A program made the translations under genes and the position numbers. A DNA stretch of 64,000 nucleotides from Octopus vulgaris. Its lineage: Eukaryota. The number at the start of each line of letters is the position of its first letter. Position 1 is the stretch's first letter. Below are positions 1 through 13,034 of the stretch, piece by piece. The DNA lies in assembly GCA_951406725.2 (NCBI GenBank), contig OX597827.1:19840001-19904000 (forward strand), written 5' to 3'. The notes beneath the pieces are model-generated. The model did not search any database. It saw only the letters and a list, made by a program, of their open reading frames with translations, and was not told the DNA's origin.

Positions 1-259
1 TAATGCACCTACTATGATAGGAATTGTTTGTTTTTAGATTCCACATTCGAGTTACCTCTGTTTCCAGGTCTTTGTATTTTGAAAGTTACTCCATTTCTTT
101 CAGAGACACGTTGTCATCTGCTGGTATTGATACATCAATTAGAAAGCATTTTTTTCTTCATGATCTCTGACAACTATGTCTGGTCTGTTAGCCTTAATTT
201 CTCTATCTGTGTGTATTGGCATATCCCAGAGTATGGTTGCTTTCTCGTTTTCTGTGACC

Positions 260-261
<2 letters not shown>
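1..261 (-). mobile_element. R4/Dong-like RLE non-LTR retrotransposon, endonuclease fragment
   Basis: ENEKATILWDMPIHTDREIKANRPDIVV (PD motif of RLE), abutting a (TAA)n tract. Confidence 0.8.
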
Positions 262-327
<66 letters not shown>

Positions 328-328
<1 letters not shown>

Positions 329-660
329 TTATGTTTGACTTTTGCTTTACATTTGTACAAGTTGGCTCCAAGTCTCACCCAGAGACCTCAAGAGACAACT
401 AGTTGGAAGTTCATGTTGGTGTTATGCCTGGGGTGTCATATATTTGGTTTTGTACATAGTGTTGTTCTATAGAATGTTTAAGAAAACATAAGAAAATTAT
501 GTTTGCTTTAAAACTTGAGATTAAGTAGAGACTATTTTGCGTAGGATATGGGCAGTTCCCAGGAGTACTATCTTTTGAATTTCTGCCATTTTGGAGTTTC
601 CTAGTATCTGAGCTCGGTAGCAATCAGCCCCTTCTGCTATCATTTCAGGGTACCTATGAC
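328..660 (-). mobile_element. R4/Dong-like 3' end (ORF C-terminus plus 3'UTR) between (TAA)n tracts
   Basis: Encodes IVLLGTAHILRK. The same 3'UTR recurs at 6555-6845 and from 30058, each ending in (TAA)n. Confidence 0.8.
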
Positions 661-703
661 TATTATTATTATTATTATTATCATTATTATTATTATTATT
701 ATT

Positions 704-3700
704 GACTTTTAATTTGCATGTCTGTTACTGTCACTTGCCGAGACACACCCATCGTCCTAGGGTGAGTAAAGGATAAGAGATATTACAGAATGACTGAAAG
801 CTTGGTGAGAGGGAAGTGGCAGGAACAGCAGCAAAATACCTTCATGTAATACAATACAGACATTTAAATTGATAGGGTTTTTCTAAGGATGCGGGTAATA
901 CTTGTTAGCACAATCTTTTAGATTTCTCTGAGACATGGTTCTCCTGGAATATTATCTAGATTATTTTGAAATCCCTTTTTTATCATATCTAGGGCACCCA
1001 CAATAACAATACCACATCTTTTCTATTTCGATTTCCAGGTCCATACATTTACTTAATTTGTCAAATTCTTTTATAGATATATTTTTATCAGTGGGAATAC
1101 TTACATGTACTAGCCTACAAGTATTTTTTCCATTCTTTAATGACTATGTCTGGTCGATTATGCTGGATCGTTCTGTTGGGTTTGACTGAAAAATCCCAGA
1201 AGATAGTGACATTTTTACCTTCTTTTTTTTAGGGTTCCTTTCCTCCGCCAATCCTACCTATTTTTTCCAGCAACTTCTCTTGTGACTACATGGAATTGAT
1301 TGTGTAGTCCCTTCTTGCATAATTCTTCACGTCCTTTTTGTACATCTTCCTTTTGTTTTCCCTTGTCCTCCACTCTCAATACTTCATCGTTCCTAACTGT
1401 TACTAGCAATGTTTCTTTACTTTGCGATAGGTATCTCATTAAGCTCTCGAGTTCAATACGCACGCAGTCTTATCGACTTATCAGTCGCCTTCCTGCGTTT
1501 GCTCTCTTCATGTATAAGCGATCAGTGTCTGCACGTGTATGATGGGCTTCATGCATCCTTAGGAGCTTTCTTGACTTCCTGTCCATCTCCTTTAGCCCCA
1601 CCTCTGTCTTCAGGATTCCAGCGTCACACTGAACTACTGCCACTGCGCGCGAGTTTATTGCCGAAATCAGCTTTGAAGCCAATTTTCTTCTCACTCGCCG
1701 CAAGCAGTATCTTTTGGTCTTTTCCTTCATGTCGTGATGCTTGATTCCATTTGCCTCAAATATTCCCAGGTGTATATAGCTGGATTGAGGTTGAATTGCC
1801 TTCATCATTTCACCACTTGGCAATGCCTTCTGTCTTGGCAAGCTTTCCTCGAATTATCACCATCGTAGCACATTTTGAGAGTCCAAGCCCCATTTTAATA
1901 TCACTGGAAAAAACCCTCACAGACTGGACTATGCTGTCCAGTTCTGCCTCGTCCATGAATAGCAAGTTGTTCAGCTTTTCCTTACTTCTTCCCAGATCAT
2001 GCCCCAACTTTGTTTTCTGTAGTATTTCACTCAAGGGGATCATTCCCAGCACGAATAACAGTGGGGACACACTAACCCCTTGGAAGATTCCTCTCTTGAT
2101 TTTCACCTATCCTAATACTTGCTTCCTTGCTGTGAATTCCGTTCTCCAGCATTTCATGCCATTCCATATAAGGCTTCTCATATTTTCTGCTACTCCATAC
2201 ATTTCCATTGTTCTTACTACCCAGGAGTATGGTATCATTTCGTATGCTTTGCGGTAGTCAACCCATGTCATGCTCAGGTTTGTATGTCTTCCCTTGCAGC
2301 TCCTGATAATTAGATTATCAATTAAGAGTTGATCCTTTGTCCCCCGGCTCCTTTTCCGGCATCCATTCTGTTCAATGGGGAGCAGCCCACTTGTTTCCCA
2401 AGTATCTGTACAGTTCACTGGCCAAAGCACCTGATGTTAGTTTCCATATGAGCGGAAGGCATGTTATTGGTGTAAAGTTGGATGCAACATTTCCCTTTTC
2501 AGGACCCTTGGCACATAACAATGTCTTTCCCTTTGTCATCCACCTGGGTACTGCATCCTTCCTGCAAGCACTCATTTAACTCTTGTGCTATCCTTTCGTG
2601 GACCCCTCCCAGCTTCTTCAGCCAATAACCTTGGACCCCATCCAGTTCCAGGCTCTTCTGATTTGGGAATTTTTTCAAATCCTATTTTATCATTTCTGCT
2701 GTTATCTTTATGTCTTCTTGGACTTCTATATTTCTTAACCTATCTTGGATTTCATGCAGCCACTCTGCTTCATCATTATGCTCTACAGGTTGGTCCCAGA
2801 TCCCTCTCCAGAATGCCTTGCTTTCCTTTGCATCTGGTATCATTGTTACGTGTATTTGCCCATCAAGTTCCTGAAACAGTTTCATTTGATTTGCTTCAAA
2901 CAATCTGTTTTGTCTGAGCTGTCTTTTTCTATTCTCATATCTTTCTAGTTTTGCTTTGATTGCTCCTACTCTTTGTTTCAATTCTTCCAATATCACATCA
3001 TAACCTTTATCTCTTATTCTAAATGTTCTTCCCAGCATTATTCTTATGCTTTCTTTCTGCAATTCCCTTCTTCTCAATCTATCAACTTGTCTTAAATGTC
3101 TTTTTAACTTTGTTTCTCACAAATTCGTCAACGCCAATATGGTTCTTTACGTTCCGTTTGTTCTTTTCTTTTGCATCCAATTCTATCTGCAGCTACCATA
3201 GCTGCAGCCCAAATAATCATATTTCTCGTCTGGCCCAACAACCGAAACTATCTTTTCGGTTTCAACTTTCAGCTTGCATCGGTCAGTGTACCTCAGCTTG
3301 GGGGATGTTTGATCCTGGTCTTCTCTAATATATCGGCACAGCATCCTCACTGTGTCTTGTTGTTCATCATCGTAATCTTGTGACATAGCTCTTCCTATGA
3401 CTTCTGCTTCATTTGCTGAGAAATCATTTACATTTACACTTTGCTCTTCATCTTCACTGCCGCCTTTCATTTCTCTGTTCTCACGGGTCACATTATCTGT
3501 TGGTGAAATATTATTTCTATCTTCTACTTACCTTTTTCTCTCTTCTATTTCCATGTCTGTTATCCACCGTTTTGCTCTTATTGCTCTTGCCTGCTCGGCT
3601 AACCGTTACTCTATTGTTTCGAAGAATCCTATTTCATTCCATTTTGCTTTCATTCGCTGTCGGGATCCCCTTCTACTGTATTCACTCCTGATCCAGCATT

Positions 3701-5060
3701 CAATTACCGTTCGGTTTACTTCCTTTTCCCGCCTCCTTCTCTGCCTCTGGTTTTGTGAGCAAGCAGTCTCTGGATGACGACTGGGTCTGCGCTGCTCAGC
3801 CACAGGCCACCTGCCAGGCGAAAGGCTTTCACCTTTACTTCCAGCCTCACTAACACCAATATTTGATAAATCTGTATTTGACACTTTCACTCAACTTTGA
3901 GGCAAGTGTTTTAAGATTAGCCACCAACCGGTATTTTTTCGAGGCACCATCTCTAGTAAGATTGTCAACCAGGACTGCAGAACTATAACTACGCATAAAT
4001 TGGGCCTGTTCCCTTCGCATTTCTGTGTGTTGAGGATCATGATCCTGATTCTCACTAGGAAATAGGTGAACGTCAGTTGATCTCGTATCTTCATCCAAAT
4101 ATTGCTCCGGAGTTTTAGGTCTTTATATGCCTTCTTTGAGACTGAGTGCAGTTTCTTAATTTGTTCATGTTGCCTTACCAGTTGTATCATGTAGTCGGTG
4201 TTACTTCAGCTGTTCACTTGAGGTCCTATCGAGATCGTTTTATAGGACGTTTCAAGCTGGATTAGGCATCTGCCGCCTTCTTGTCGTGGGAGATAGAGCC
4301 TGTGGACTTCTGATTCTGGAAGGTGCGACTTGCTTAGTTTCAGCAGTTTCATTGTCTTTCAGTATTAGGCATGTTCTTCCTTTTGTTAACCACGGTAATA
4401 CATACATCATTGACATATAGCTGCATCACAATCGTTTCATGGAGACTCATAAACTCTTTCAACCAGTAACCATGGACTAATTATGGTCGTCTGCCATGGA
4501 CCAGTTCTGGTCGTCTGCTTTCTTCTCTCTTACCTTTCTTTTTAATTACTTCCAGTATATACTTTTCTCGTGCTAACATCCTTCTACACCACAACATTTT
4601 CTCTGTAATTTTCCATTGGCTTTATCCATTTTACTTCATTACAGTGTTTAGAATTTTTTCCTACTTTCTCCCATCAAAAGCTTGTTTTCTTCAGAATTCG
4701 ATCTTTTCTTATCATTACTCTCATCTCCCTCTAAAACAGATGTCCCTGGTTTGATTAAAATATGTAATTTTGCTATTGGTTGGATCTTTCATCGTATTTT
4801 CTGATTAAGTAATCTTTTGTCTTTACCTTCTGCTTTAGTTCTTCAATCGTTCTTCCAGTTCTTTGCCTCTTTTTACCTGAAATTTCTTCTAACCTAGCTT
4901 TCTTTTGTTTTTTTTTCTTTCAATTTCCCGGCTTTCACTGATCCAGTTTACTTATGCCTTTCTTAAGATCGCAAATTTTCATTAGTATCTGTTTTGTTTT
5001 TCTCTATTTGGGTAACTACTTATCCATCTTTTGGCCTTTTTTTTTTTCTTAACAACTCTG
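704..5060 (-). mobile_element. Cluster of degenerate R4/Dong-like elements (3' end, RT domain, N-terminal region, extra fragments)
   Basis: Frameshifted ORFs with [52 protein letters not shown] and DRLY..R...GRRL. RPDIV endonuclease segment near 1150. (TAA)n tail at 662-703. Confidence 0.85.
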
Positions 5061-5434
5061 AGAGAGTTGTTAGGTGAGGATAAAAGTAGATTTCGATGTA
5101 TTACTGGATTGCAACAAACAAAAGAAGATACATTCTCAAAATTGGTGCAAGAATGTTGAATACCGCAAACACTAGTTACAGTAAAACACACATAAAAGTG
5201 ATATCAAGGAAGGGTCACAGAGGAGATTAGTTTTCGACTTTCAATATTTTCGTCTGTTTTCTTTTTTTCGGTTCCATTTGTTGTTTTATCTGTTGTCATC
5301 AAATAAGTTTCAAATTTTCAGAGCAATGATTCAGCATTCTGATTCGCTGTCATTGTTATTTCATTAAAACTCTTAGCTTTTTTCATGGGTATGAGGGAAA
5401 GTTTCAACTGTCCATAGACAGCATCAGTATTATT

Positions 5435-6358
5435 ATTTTGTCTTTGTACAGCATCTAACGCTGGAGATGTACTACAGTGTCAGCTGTTCACTACCAGTGA
5501 ACTAAGGTAACACCCCTTATTTTTCGAGCACCTTCCGGAGTATTCGAGTGGTTCCAAGCAGTGCTGTTTTCTGCAAGTGTTCCACCCTTATTGCAACCCC
5601 TATTTGTTCGATGTACTTCTCAAGATTTTTACTCACTGTTCCCACGGCTCCGACAATTATTGGTACTACTACCACCTTTTTCAGCGACCTCAACTGCTTA
5701 ACCTCCCAAGATAACCTGTCATATCTATCGACTTTTCTTTCTTCCTTATCGCATACCTTGTTGTCAGCTGGGCATGTTATATCCATGATCCAGCATCGTT
5801 TGCATTCTTTCTCAATTAGCACTATATCAAATTTCCTATTCTCTATTTCATTGTTGCACTGAATCATAAAACCCTATAGTAACTTTGCATTATCATTTTC
5901 GACGAAGCTTTCAGGTTTATGTTCGTACCACTTCTTTCCCATGTCAAGTCCATACTTGTTGCAAAGTGTCCAATGGACAATCCTTGCTATGTTGTCATGA
6001 CGTCTTTTATATTCTTTCTGAGCTAGTGGCGTACATTCATTGGTAATATGCCAAACGGTTTCACCATTTTGTCCACAAATTCTGCACTTGTCACTTTCTG
6101 ATGTGTTGTCTATTCCGTATTTGATGTAATTCGTTCTTAATGCTTGCTCTTGGGCAGCACAGATTACAGCCTGTGTTTCTGGTTTTAAATCCCTTTTAGT
6201 CATCCATAACCATCTTTTTTCTTTGTCTATCTTATCTTCAGCTTCCTTATGAAATTGTCCTTATGAAATTGTCCACCTATATTCAGTTTCATTTATTCTC
6301 AAGTGCTTGTACAGTGCTTTATCTTTGTAATCTTCCATCCTACTCAGACTTGACCATC
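5435..6358 (-). mobile_element. R4/Dong-like 3' portion: CCHC zinc knuckle plus RLE endonuclease
   Basis: CRICGQNGETVWHITNEC, YKRRHD, FDIVLIE, LQKTALLGTTRILRKVL, stop at 5517, short 3'UTR and TAA tail. Confidence 0.9.
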
Positions 6359-6360
6359 TT

Positions 6361-6422
<62 letters not shown>

Positions 6423-6431
6423 CATCATTAC

Positions 6432-6494
<63 letters not shown>

Positions 6495-6517
6495 CATTAC
6501 TATTATTATTATTATTA

Positions 6518-6554
<37 letters not shown>

Positions 6555-6556
<2 letters not shown>

Positions 6557-6845
6557 GTATGACTTTTGCTTCGTATTTGTACAATTTGACTCCAAGTCTC
6601 ACCCAGAGACCTCAAGACACATCAAGTTAGAAGTTTAAGTTGGTGTTATGACTAGGGTGCCACATACTTGGTTTTGCACAAAATATTCTTCTAAGAAAAT
6701 TGTTTGTTTTAAAATTTGAGATTACATAGGCCGTTCTTTACGTAGGATATGGGCAGTTTCCATGAGCACTAATTTTTTTTTTTAATTCTGCTATTTTGGG
6801 GTTTGCTGGTATCTGAACTAGGTAGCAATCAGTCCCTTTTGTCGA
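6555..6845 (-). mobile_element. R4/Dong-like 3' end
   Basis: Similar to 328-660; followed by a long (TAA)n/(GAA)n tract at 6358-6553. Confidence 0.8.
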
Positions 6846-7428
6846 ACAGCTACTGTCGTGTATAGGACCGATCCGGCTATCAGCTGAAACCATAGTGAAG
6901 ATTGCCCCGCCGACCTCCTTTAACCGGGAGGGCAAGGCAATTTTCCTTTGTCTAGTGGCTGTAGTGAAAGAGGTGGTATGGTGGACCCATTTGAAAGGGC
7001 TAAAGTCAGACACTTTCCTCTTTGGTCAAGGCCTCATCAACTTTTTCAAGTTCCACTTGAAAAGGAAGGTGAAATTAGAGAGGGAAGTGCTGTCTCGTGG
7101 CAAATTTATTGAAAGGTGGGTGAATGTCGGTAAAATGGCCAGTAAGAACGGACCAATTCTGAGGTTACACCTGCAAAAAAAGGTAATATAAAAGGAGAAG
7201 GGGCTCTCTACCCCTTTTTGACCAGGCTCCCGTGGCTTTTATGGGTTTTTTCCTCGAGTAACCTTTCAAAGCGCCTCCCCACACATTGGGAGTTTTACTT
7301 ATTATATTTTTCGTTGTGATTTTAATGCTTATACGGACCTTTCTTTTTTGCAAAACCCTTTCTACTCTTCGTCCTGTGTTTATCCTTACATGTTTTTTGA
7401 TTTATGTTAGCCCTTGTGGCCAATAAAA
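6846..7428 (+). mobile_element. Tx1/L1-like LINE 3' end
   Basis: C-terminal ORF remnant (LVAVVKEVVWWT..KGL). 3'UTR ends gtggccaataaa, shared with 26880. Confidence 0.55.
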
Positions 7429-7497
7429 CCAGTGTTTATTATTATTATTTTTATTATTATTTATTGTCACATTGTCATGGCGTCCTTTGTATTCGCG

Positions 7498-7533
<36 letters not shown>

Positions 7534-8129
7534 GTTATTATTATTGTTATTGTTATTATCATCGTTATTGTTATTATCATCGTTATTATTATTATCATCG
7601 TCATTATTATTATCATCTTCAATATTATTATTATCATCATTATTATCATTATTATTATCATCATCATCATCATTATTATTATTATTATCATTATTATTAT
7701 TATTATTGATTTGACTCCGGTTCGGTCTTACTCCTGGCAAGATTTCTAGTGTGTAGGATTTCTGAGTTCAAATCCAACTGAGGTCAGCTTTGCCTTTCAT
7801 ACTTTCGGAATCAATAAAATAAAGTACTAGTCAAGTACTGCAAGTACTGGGGATGACGTAATCATATAATACATGCCCCTAATTGACTAAGCCTTGTCCC
7901 AAAAATTGCTGATATTGGTCCCAAAATTTGAAATAAATATTACCTTTTCAATTTCATCAATCTTTTAAGATTTCCTTCGATTTTCTCTTCACTTTTGCTA
8001 TAGTGCTGGATTTCTTATGCATGTATGTATGTAATGTATGTGTGTATGTATGTAATGTATGTAATATATGTAATGTATGTATGTAGGTAGGTAGGTAGGT
8101 AGGTAGGTAGGTAGGTAGGTAGGTAGGTA

Positions 8130-9480
8130 TCGTCTATTTTCTAATTATTATAAATCTTTCACTGAAGAGGGAGCCGGTTTCCAACAAAAATACCTGTCTC
8201 CATCTTTGGGATGTAGTTAACACTGACAAATTCACATTTGGAATTTGAGAAAAGTTTTGCAGAATTTTACTGTTCCACTCACAGATTGCACTTGTAATGT
8301 ACGAATTGGCTGGTTGATTTCTCTTTCTGAAAATCCCAGTTTATCCAAATTCTCTTTTTTAAGTATTTACTAACAAAACCTAGTGCTTCAATTATTATTG
8401 GTATGAATATGAATTCATAGTTTGGATATAGAAGCTGGAAGTTTCGAAGCAGTTGTCCTAGACATCCTCTTTTTCTTTGATTTTCAAAGAGATATTTATA
8501 TCTGCAGGGCAGCTGATCTCCATGATGGTACATACCTTTGCCCCTCTGTCCCAAACAACAATATACGGCCTGTTATGTTTACATTTGACAAATGTTTTGA
8601 TGGGAATATTCCACCAGTATTCCTTGGGTTGGTGTTTATGAATGTATTCCATAACAGAGGGATTTTCTAAGTTTATTTCAGGTCAGTGCTTTTTGCGGAT
8701 GGCATTGTAAATTGTTTTAGCAACAACATCGTGCCGCATAGGGAGGTAGTACCGTGACGACATTTTAGGACAGCTGCTAATCACATGCGTAATGTCTTCT
8801 ACAGAAACATGACATAGCCTACACATGCGGTTGCACCTTGGGATTACAAGATCGTCACTGCCTCTTCTTGTTCACCAGGTACTTTGTGGCAATCTCCCGT
8901 TCCGGTACTACAAACGCATAGCCTTCAAAGTGTGCTGTGATGTAGTGGTCTTGTGTCCAAGGAGGCTGCGCTTCGTGACAATTCTACTGTCTTCTTTAAG
9001 CTTCCGGGCAACATATCCATGCATAGTCTTTTTTTTTTTGTATGCTGAGTGCTTTCCATCCAGGTATCCTCTGAGGTAAAGGAGCCCCGCTGTTTTGGGG
9101 CTGTATAGGAGATCATCAGGAAGAGAGTGTTTCTTGAGGAGTTCACTGCAAACTCGTACAATGTTGCTCACTTCACTTTTCAGTATTGCATTAATATATT
9201 TATTTTTGCTGTTATTGCTTAGCAGGTGCTGCCTTAGTTATACCATACGGCATTCGAAGGCCGTTTGCACTGATCTCAGGCCTCTACCACGTTCATTTCT
9301 TCTTAGGTAGAGCCTGTTGACATCACTGTTTCTGTGGAAGTTCCCAGTTGTTGTCAGGATTTTGTGGGTTTTGATATCTATGAAGTGGATTTCCCCTACA
9401 GACCAATCAAGTATCCCAAATGTTGGGATCAACACCGGTACTGAAAATGCATTCTGGGATATTGTGTTGTTGTTTGTATC
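8130..9480 (-). mobile_element. R4/Dong-like element 3' portion ending in an (ATAC/CTAC)n tract
   Basis: IPTFGILDW, RLYLRRNERGRGL, CRLCHVSVEDITHVISSC, YWWNIPIKT..KHNRP, EISCPAD. The 3'UTR runs directly into tetranucleotide repeats at 8020-8129. Confidence 0.85.
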
Positions 9481-9757
9481 TATCTTATGTAAACCCGAAG
9501 ACTAAAACGGTAACTCAATACAAAGCTTCGTAGAAATTTGTAAAATTGAAGACATAAGATTAAAGACTTGTAGGAATATATTCCTACAAGTTCTCAGCTC
9601 TTGAAATTCGCCCTTCATCCTAACCAGATTCTGCCCATCCACCCTCATCTCATTTATGCATTTCTGATGTTTATGCTTTTCCTTAATGAGAAATTTGAAG
9701 CAGGTATAACAACTACGTTGAGCGAATCACAACTAACGTTTGTGTACACGCGTACGT

Positions 9758-9803
<46 letters not shown>

Positions 9804-10020
9804 GTGTGTCAGTTGTGTTCGTTATGTGTGTGTTCGTGAATGTGTGTTGTACACATCGATGAATGTTTAAACATGTTTTACTTCATTAAGTGCTTTCTTC
9901 TATTTTTTCTCTCTCCACTAACTTATGAAAATCAGGCGGTGCGCCCCCTAACGATGATGTTGAGAACAAAGTATGTCACTAGGGGCGGCAATCTTGAAAT
10001 AATAGTAAGGCAGCCGCAAA

Positions 10021-10503
10021 TTGAACAACAAAAACAATAATAATTGCAGCTGTAATATCAACAACTACAACAATAACAATCATAACAACGCCAAAGCCAT
10101 ATTGTTAACATCAATGGAATATAGAAATGGAAAACTACCACCACCACCACCACAAATACTACCCCCAACACAACAACAACTACTACAGCCGTCACTACTA
10201 TCACCACCGCCAACAACAACAACAAAACAACACCAACACCACTACATCCGTCAAAGCAATAATCGCAACAAAAACAGTATTGTCATCATCATCATCATCA
10301 TCGTCATCGTTCGTAACAATCCCCCTCTCCGTCCTCGATCTCCCCCATCCGCTTCTTTCTCCTCCTCCTCATCACCATCGTCATCATCATTATCATCATC
10401 ATCAACGTATTGACCTACAGCAGCAACTTGGATAGTATCACCACCGCTACCACTTCCGCCGCCACCATCAACAACAGAAGAATAGCAACAACAACAACAA
10501 CTA

Positions 10504-10535
<32 letters not shown>

Positions 10536-11308
10536 AACTACTACTACTACAATAACAATAACAACAACAGCATCAGCAGCAATGGCGGTGACAGTATTGA
10601 TCTGAAGTCTATGATGGCTGCCGTCTCCCTTCGCTGCCATTGTCTCTTGCCATTTTCTGTCTTTGATTAGCTTTGTTATCGATTGGTGGGGGCGGGGCCG
10701 ATGGTATGATGTGGTGGTGGTGGTGGTGGTGGTGGTGGTGACGGCGGTAGCTATGTTGTATTTCTGGGTGGGGGTGTTGTCTAGGGGGGTAAGGTGGTAA
10801 TTGCGCGCGCGCGAGTATGTCATTGTATGCGTGTGTGTGTGTGAGTTTGTTGTGATGATGGTGGTGGTGGTGGTGGTGGTGGAGGAGGAGGAGGAATCGG
10901 TGGTGGCAGTGGTGGAAGTGTTTGAAGCTGCAGGTGTGAATGATGGATGGAGATGCTCTTTGCATTGATAATAGTGATGATTATAACGGTGGTCGCGGGG
11001 GTGGTTCCGATGATAGTGTGGTGGAGGTGGTGGTGGTGGAGGTAGAGGGTTTAAGAGGTGGTGGTGGGAGAGAAAATCTTGTGCTAAGAGTTATAACGAG
11101 TTTGAAAGGTGGTAGTAGTAGTAGTAGTAGCGGCAGTAGTAGTGGTAGTAGTAGTAGTAGCGGCAGTAGTAGTGGTAGTAGTAGTAGTAGCGGCAGTAGT
11201 AGTAGTAGCGGCAGTAGTAGTAGTAGTAGTAGTAGCGGCAGTAGTAGTGGTAGCGGCAGTAGTAGTAGTAGTAGTAGCGGCAGTAGTAGTAGTAATAGTA
11301 GTAGCGGC

Positions 11309-11353
<45 letters not shown>

Positions 11354-11490
11354 TGTTGTTGTTGTTGCTGTAGAGGTTTAATGATCGGTAAGGTAGATAT
11401 TAGTGATATTCATGTGATTATCGTGAGATGTGGTGGTGGTGGTGGTGGCACTAGCAGTGGTGGTGGCACTAGCAGTGGTGGTGGTGGTGG
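10021..11490. repeat. Compound trinucleotide low-complexity region (CAA/CCA/CAT/CTA, then GTG/GTA)
   Basis: Direct reading; no frame stays open across it on either strand. Confidence 0.9.
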
Positions 11491-11701
11491 TAGTGTTTAT
11501 GTGTTAGTGTTAATGACTGCAGCTAGATGTTGTGAGTGATGCTATGTAAAAGCTGAGGTAGGGTGGGTATCGATCTCACTTTTCTATCTTGCTGCCACTC
11601 TCCCTACAGAAAGTGGACAGGTGTTGTTGAGGATGCAGAAATGCAGAGCAGACGTCTGTGGTCTGCTATTGTTTACTATAGTGTAGAAACTCACGCAAAC
11701 A

Positions 11702-11744
<43 letters not shown>

Positions 11745-11785
11745 GCGTGTGTGCGTTTACATACATTCGTACATGCATACATATA

Positions 11786-12018
11786 TATTTCTTTACTACC
11801 CACAAGGAGCTAAACACAGAGGGGATAAACAAGGACAGACAAACGGATTAAGTCGATTATATCGACCCCAGTGCGTAACTGGTACTTAATTTATCGACCC
11901 CGAAAGGATGAAAGGCAAAGTCGACCTCGGCGGAATTTGAACTCAGAACGTAACGGCGGACGAAATACGGCTCCGCATTTCGCCCGGCGTACTAACGTTT
12001 CTGCCAGCTCGCCGCCTT
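11786..12018 (-). mobile_element. tRNA-headed SINE with Nin/Deu-like domain (family A)
   Basis: A/B-box-like head (ggcgagctggcagaa...gagttcaaattcc) and gcctttcatcctttcggggtcgataaa core; many copies in the window. Confidence 0.9.
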
Positions 12019-12591
12019 ACATACATATATATACATGCATACATATATACATACATACATGCATACATAAATGAATAGTTTAAGATGTGAATTCAAATAA
12101 TCTTGCGGCCATCACAGTAAGCTCCTCTTACGGACCTCAGCTATCAGTCCACATAATAATCAGTTACAAAGAAGTGTACTGTAACGTGTCCATGGAACTG
12201 AAAGTCCAGAAGATCCGTTCGATGAAGATATTTCACGAGAAGTACAAAACCCCACAAAATCAGAAAGTATGATATCTGAATATATATTTATCTATCCACG
12301 CGACATATATAGGGTTACGGCTGTTTCGTAGTCTTCTTCGTGTATTCTTCTTAATATTGAAAAAATTATGCGTACATGTTTGCATTAATATCTTTTCAGC
12401 ATTATACAATTGTATGCTCACAAATGACTGCAAGAAAGGGGAGCTAACTCATTAGACCACTGAAGCCTTATGCTTACACCAAAAATTCAATGATCGGCTG
12501 CAACCTGTATTTTCTATTCTGTCGTTTTTGCTTCGATGTGTAATTGGGGTTAGTCGGCTGATTCTGAATTTCATTTCTATCAACAGATATT

Positions 12592-13034
12592 GTTGTTGTT
12601 TGTTCCTTCTCGAGCCACGCCTGGCTCATAAGAGCCGGTTTCCCGGTTTCTTGGCGTATAGGTTCCCCACCTGGATGGGACGCCGGTCCGTCGCAGGTGA
12701 GCTGCAAGATGCAGGAGGAAAGAGTGAGAGATAGTTGTGGCGAAAGAGTCAGCAGACGTTTCGCCATTACCTTCTGCCGGAGCCGCAATTTGATGCTGCC
12801 TTACTATTATTTCAAGATTGCCGCCCCTAGTGACATACTTTGTTCTCAACATCATCGTTAAGGGGCGCACCGCCTGATTTTCATAAGTTAGTGGAGGTAA
12901 AAAAAAAAAGAAAGCACTTAATGAAGTAAAATATGTTTCGCTCATAAACACACACATCGCTCGGTCTGAGATTCGAACCCGCGATCTCTCGACCGCGAGG
13001 CCACTGCACTAACCACTAGGCCATGTGCCTCCAC
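12592..13034 (-). mobile_element. tRNA-derived SINE family B (OR1/OR2-like) carrying a ~147-bp foreign insert
   Basis: Matches copies at 27994, 48472, 50506 and 53835. TSD tatcaacagatatt. Insert at 12787-12933. Confidence 0.9.

Noticed and set aside
10251-11539. Ser/Gly/Val/His-rich ORFs of 190-199 aa
   Set aside because: They are open only because of trinucleotide repeats; no domain and no consistent frame.
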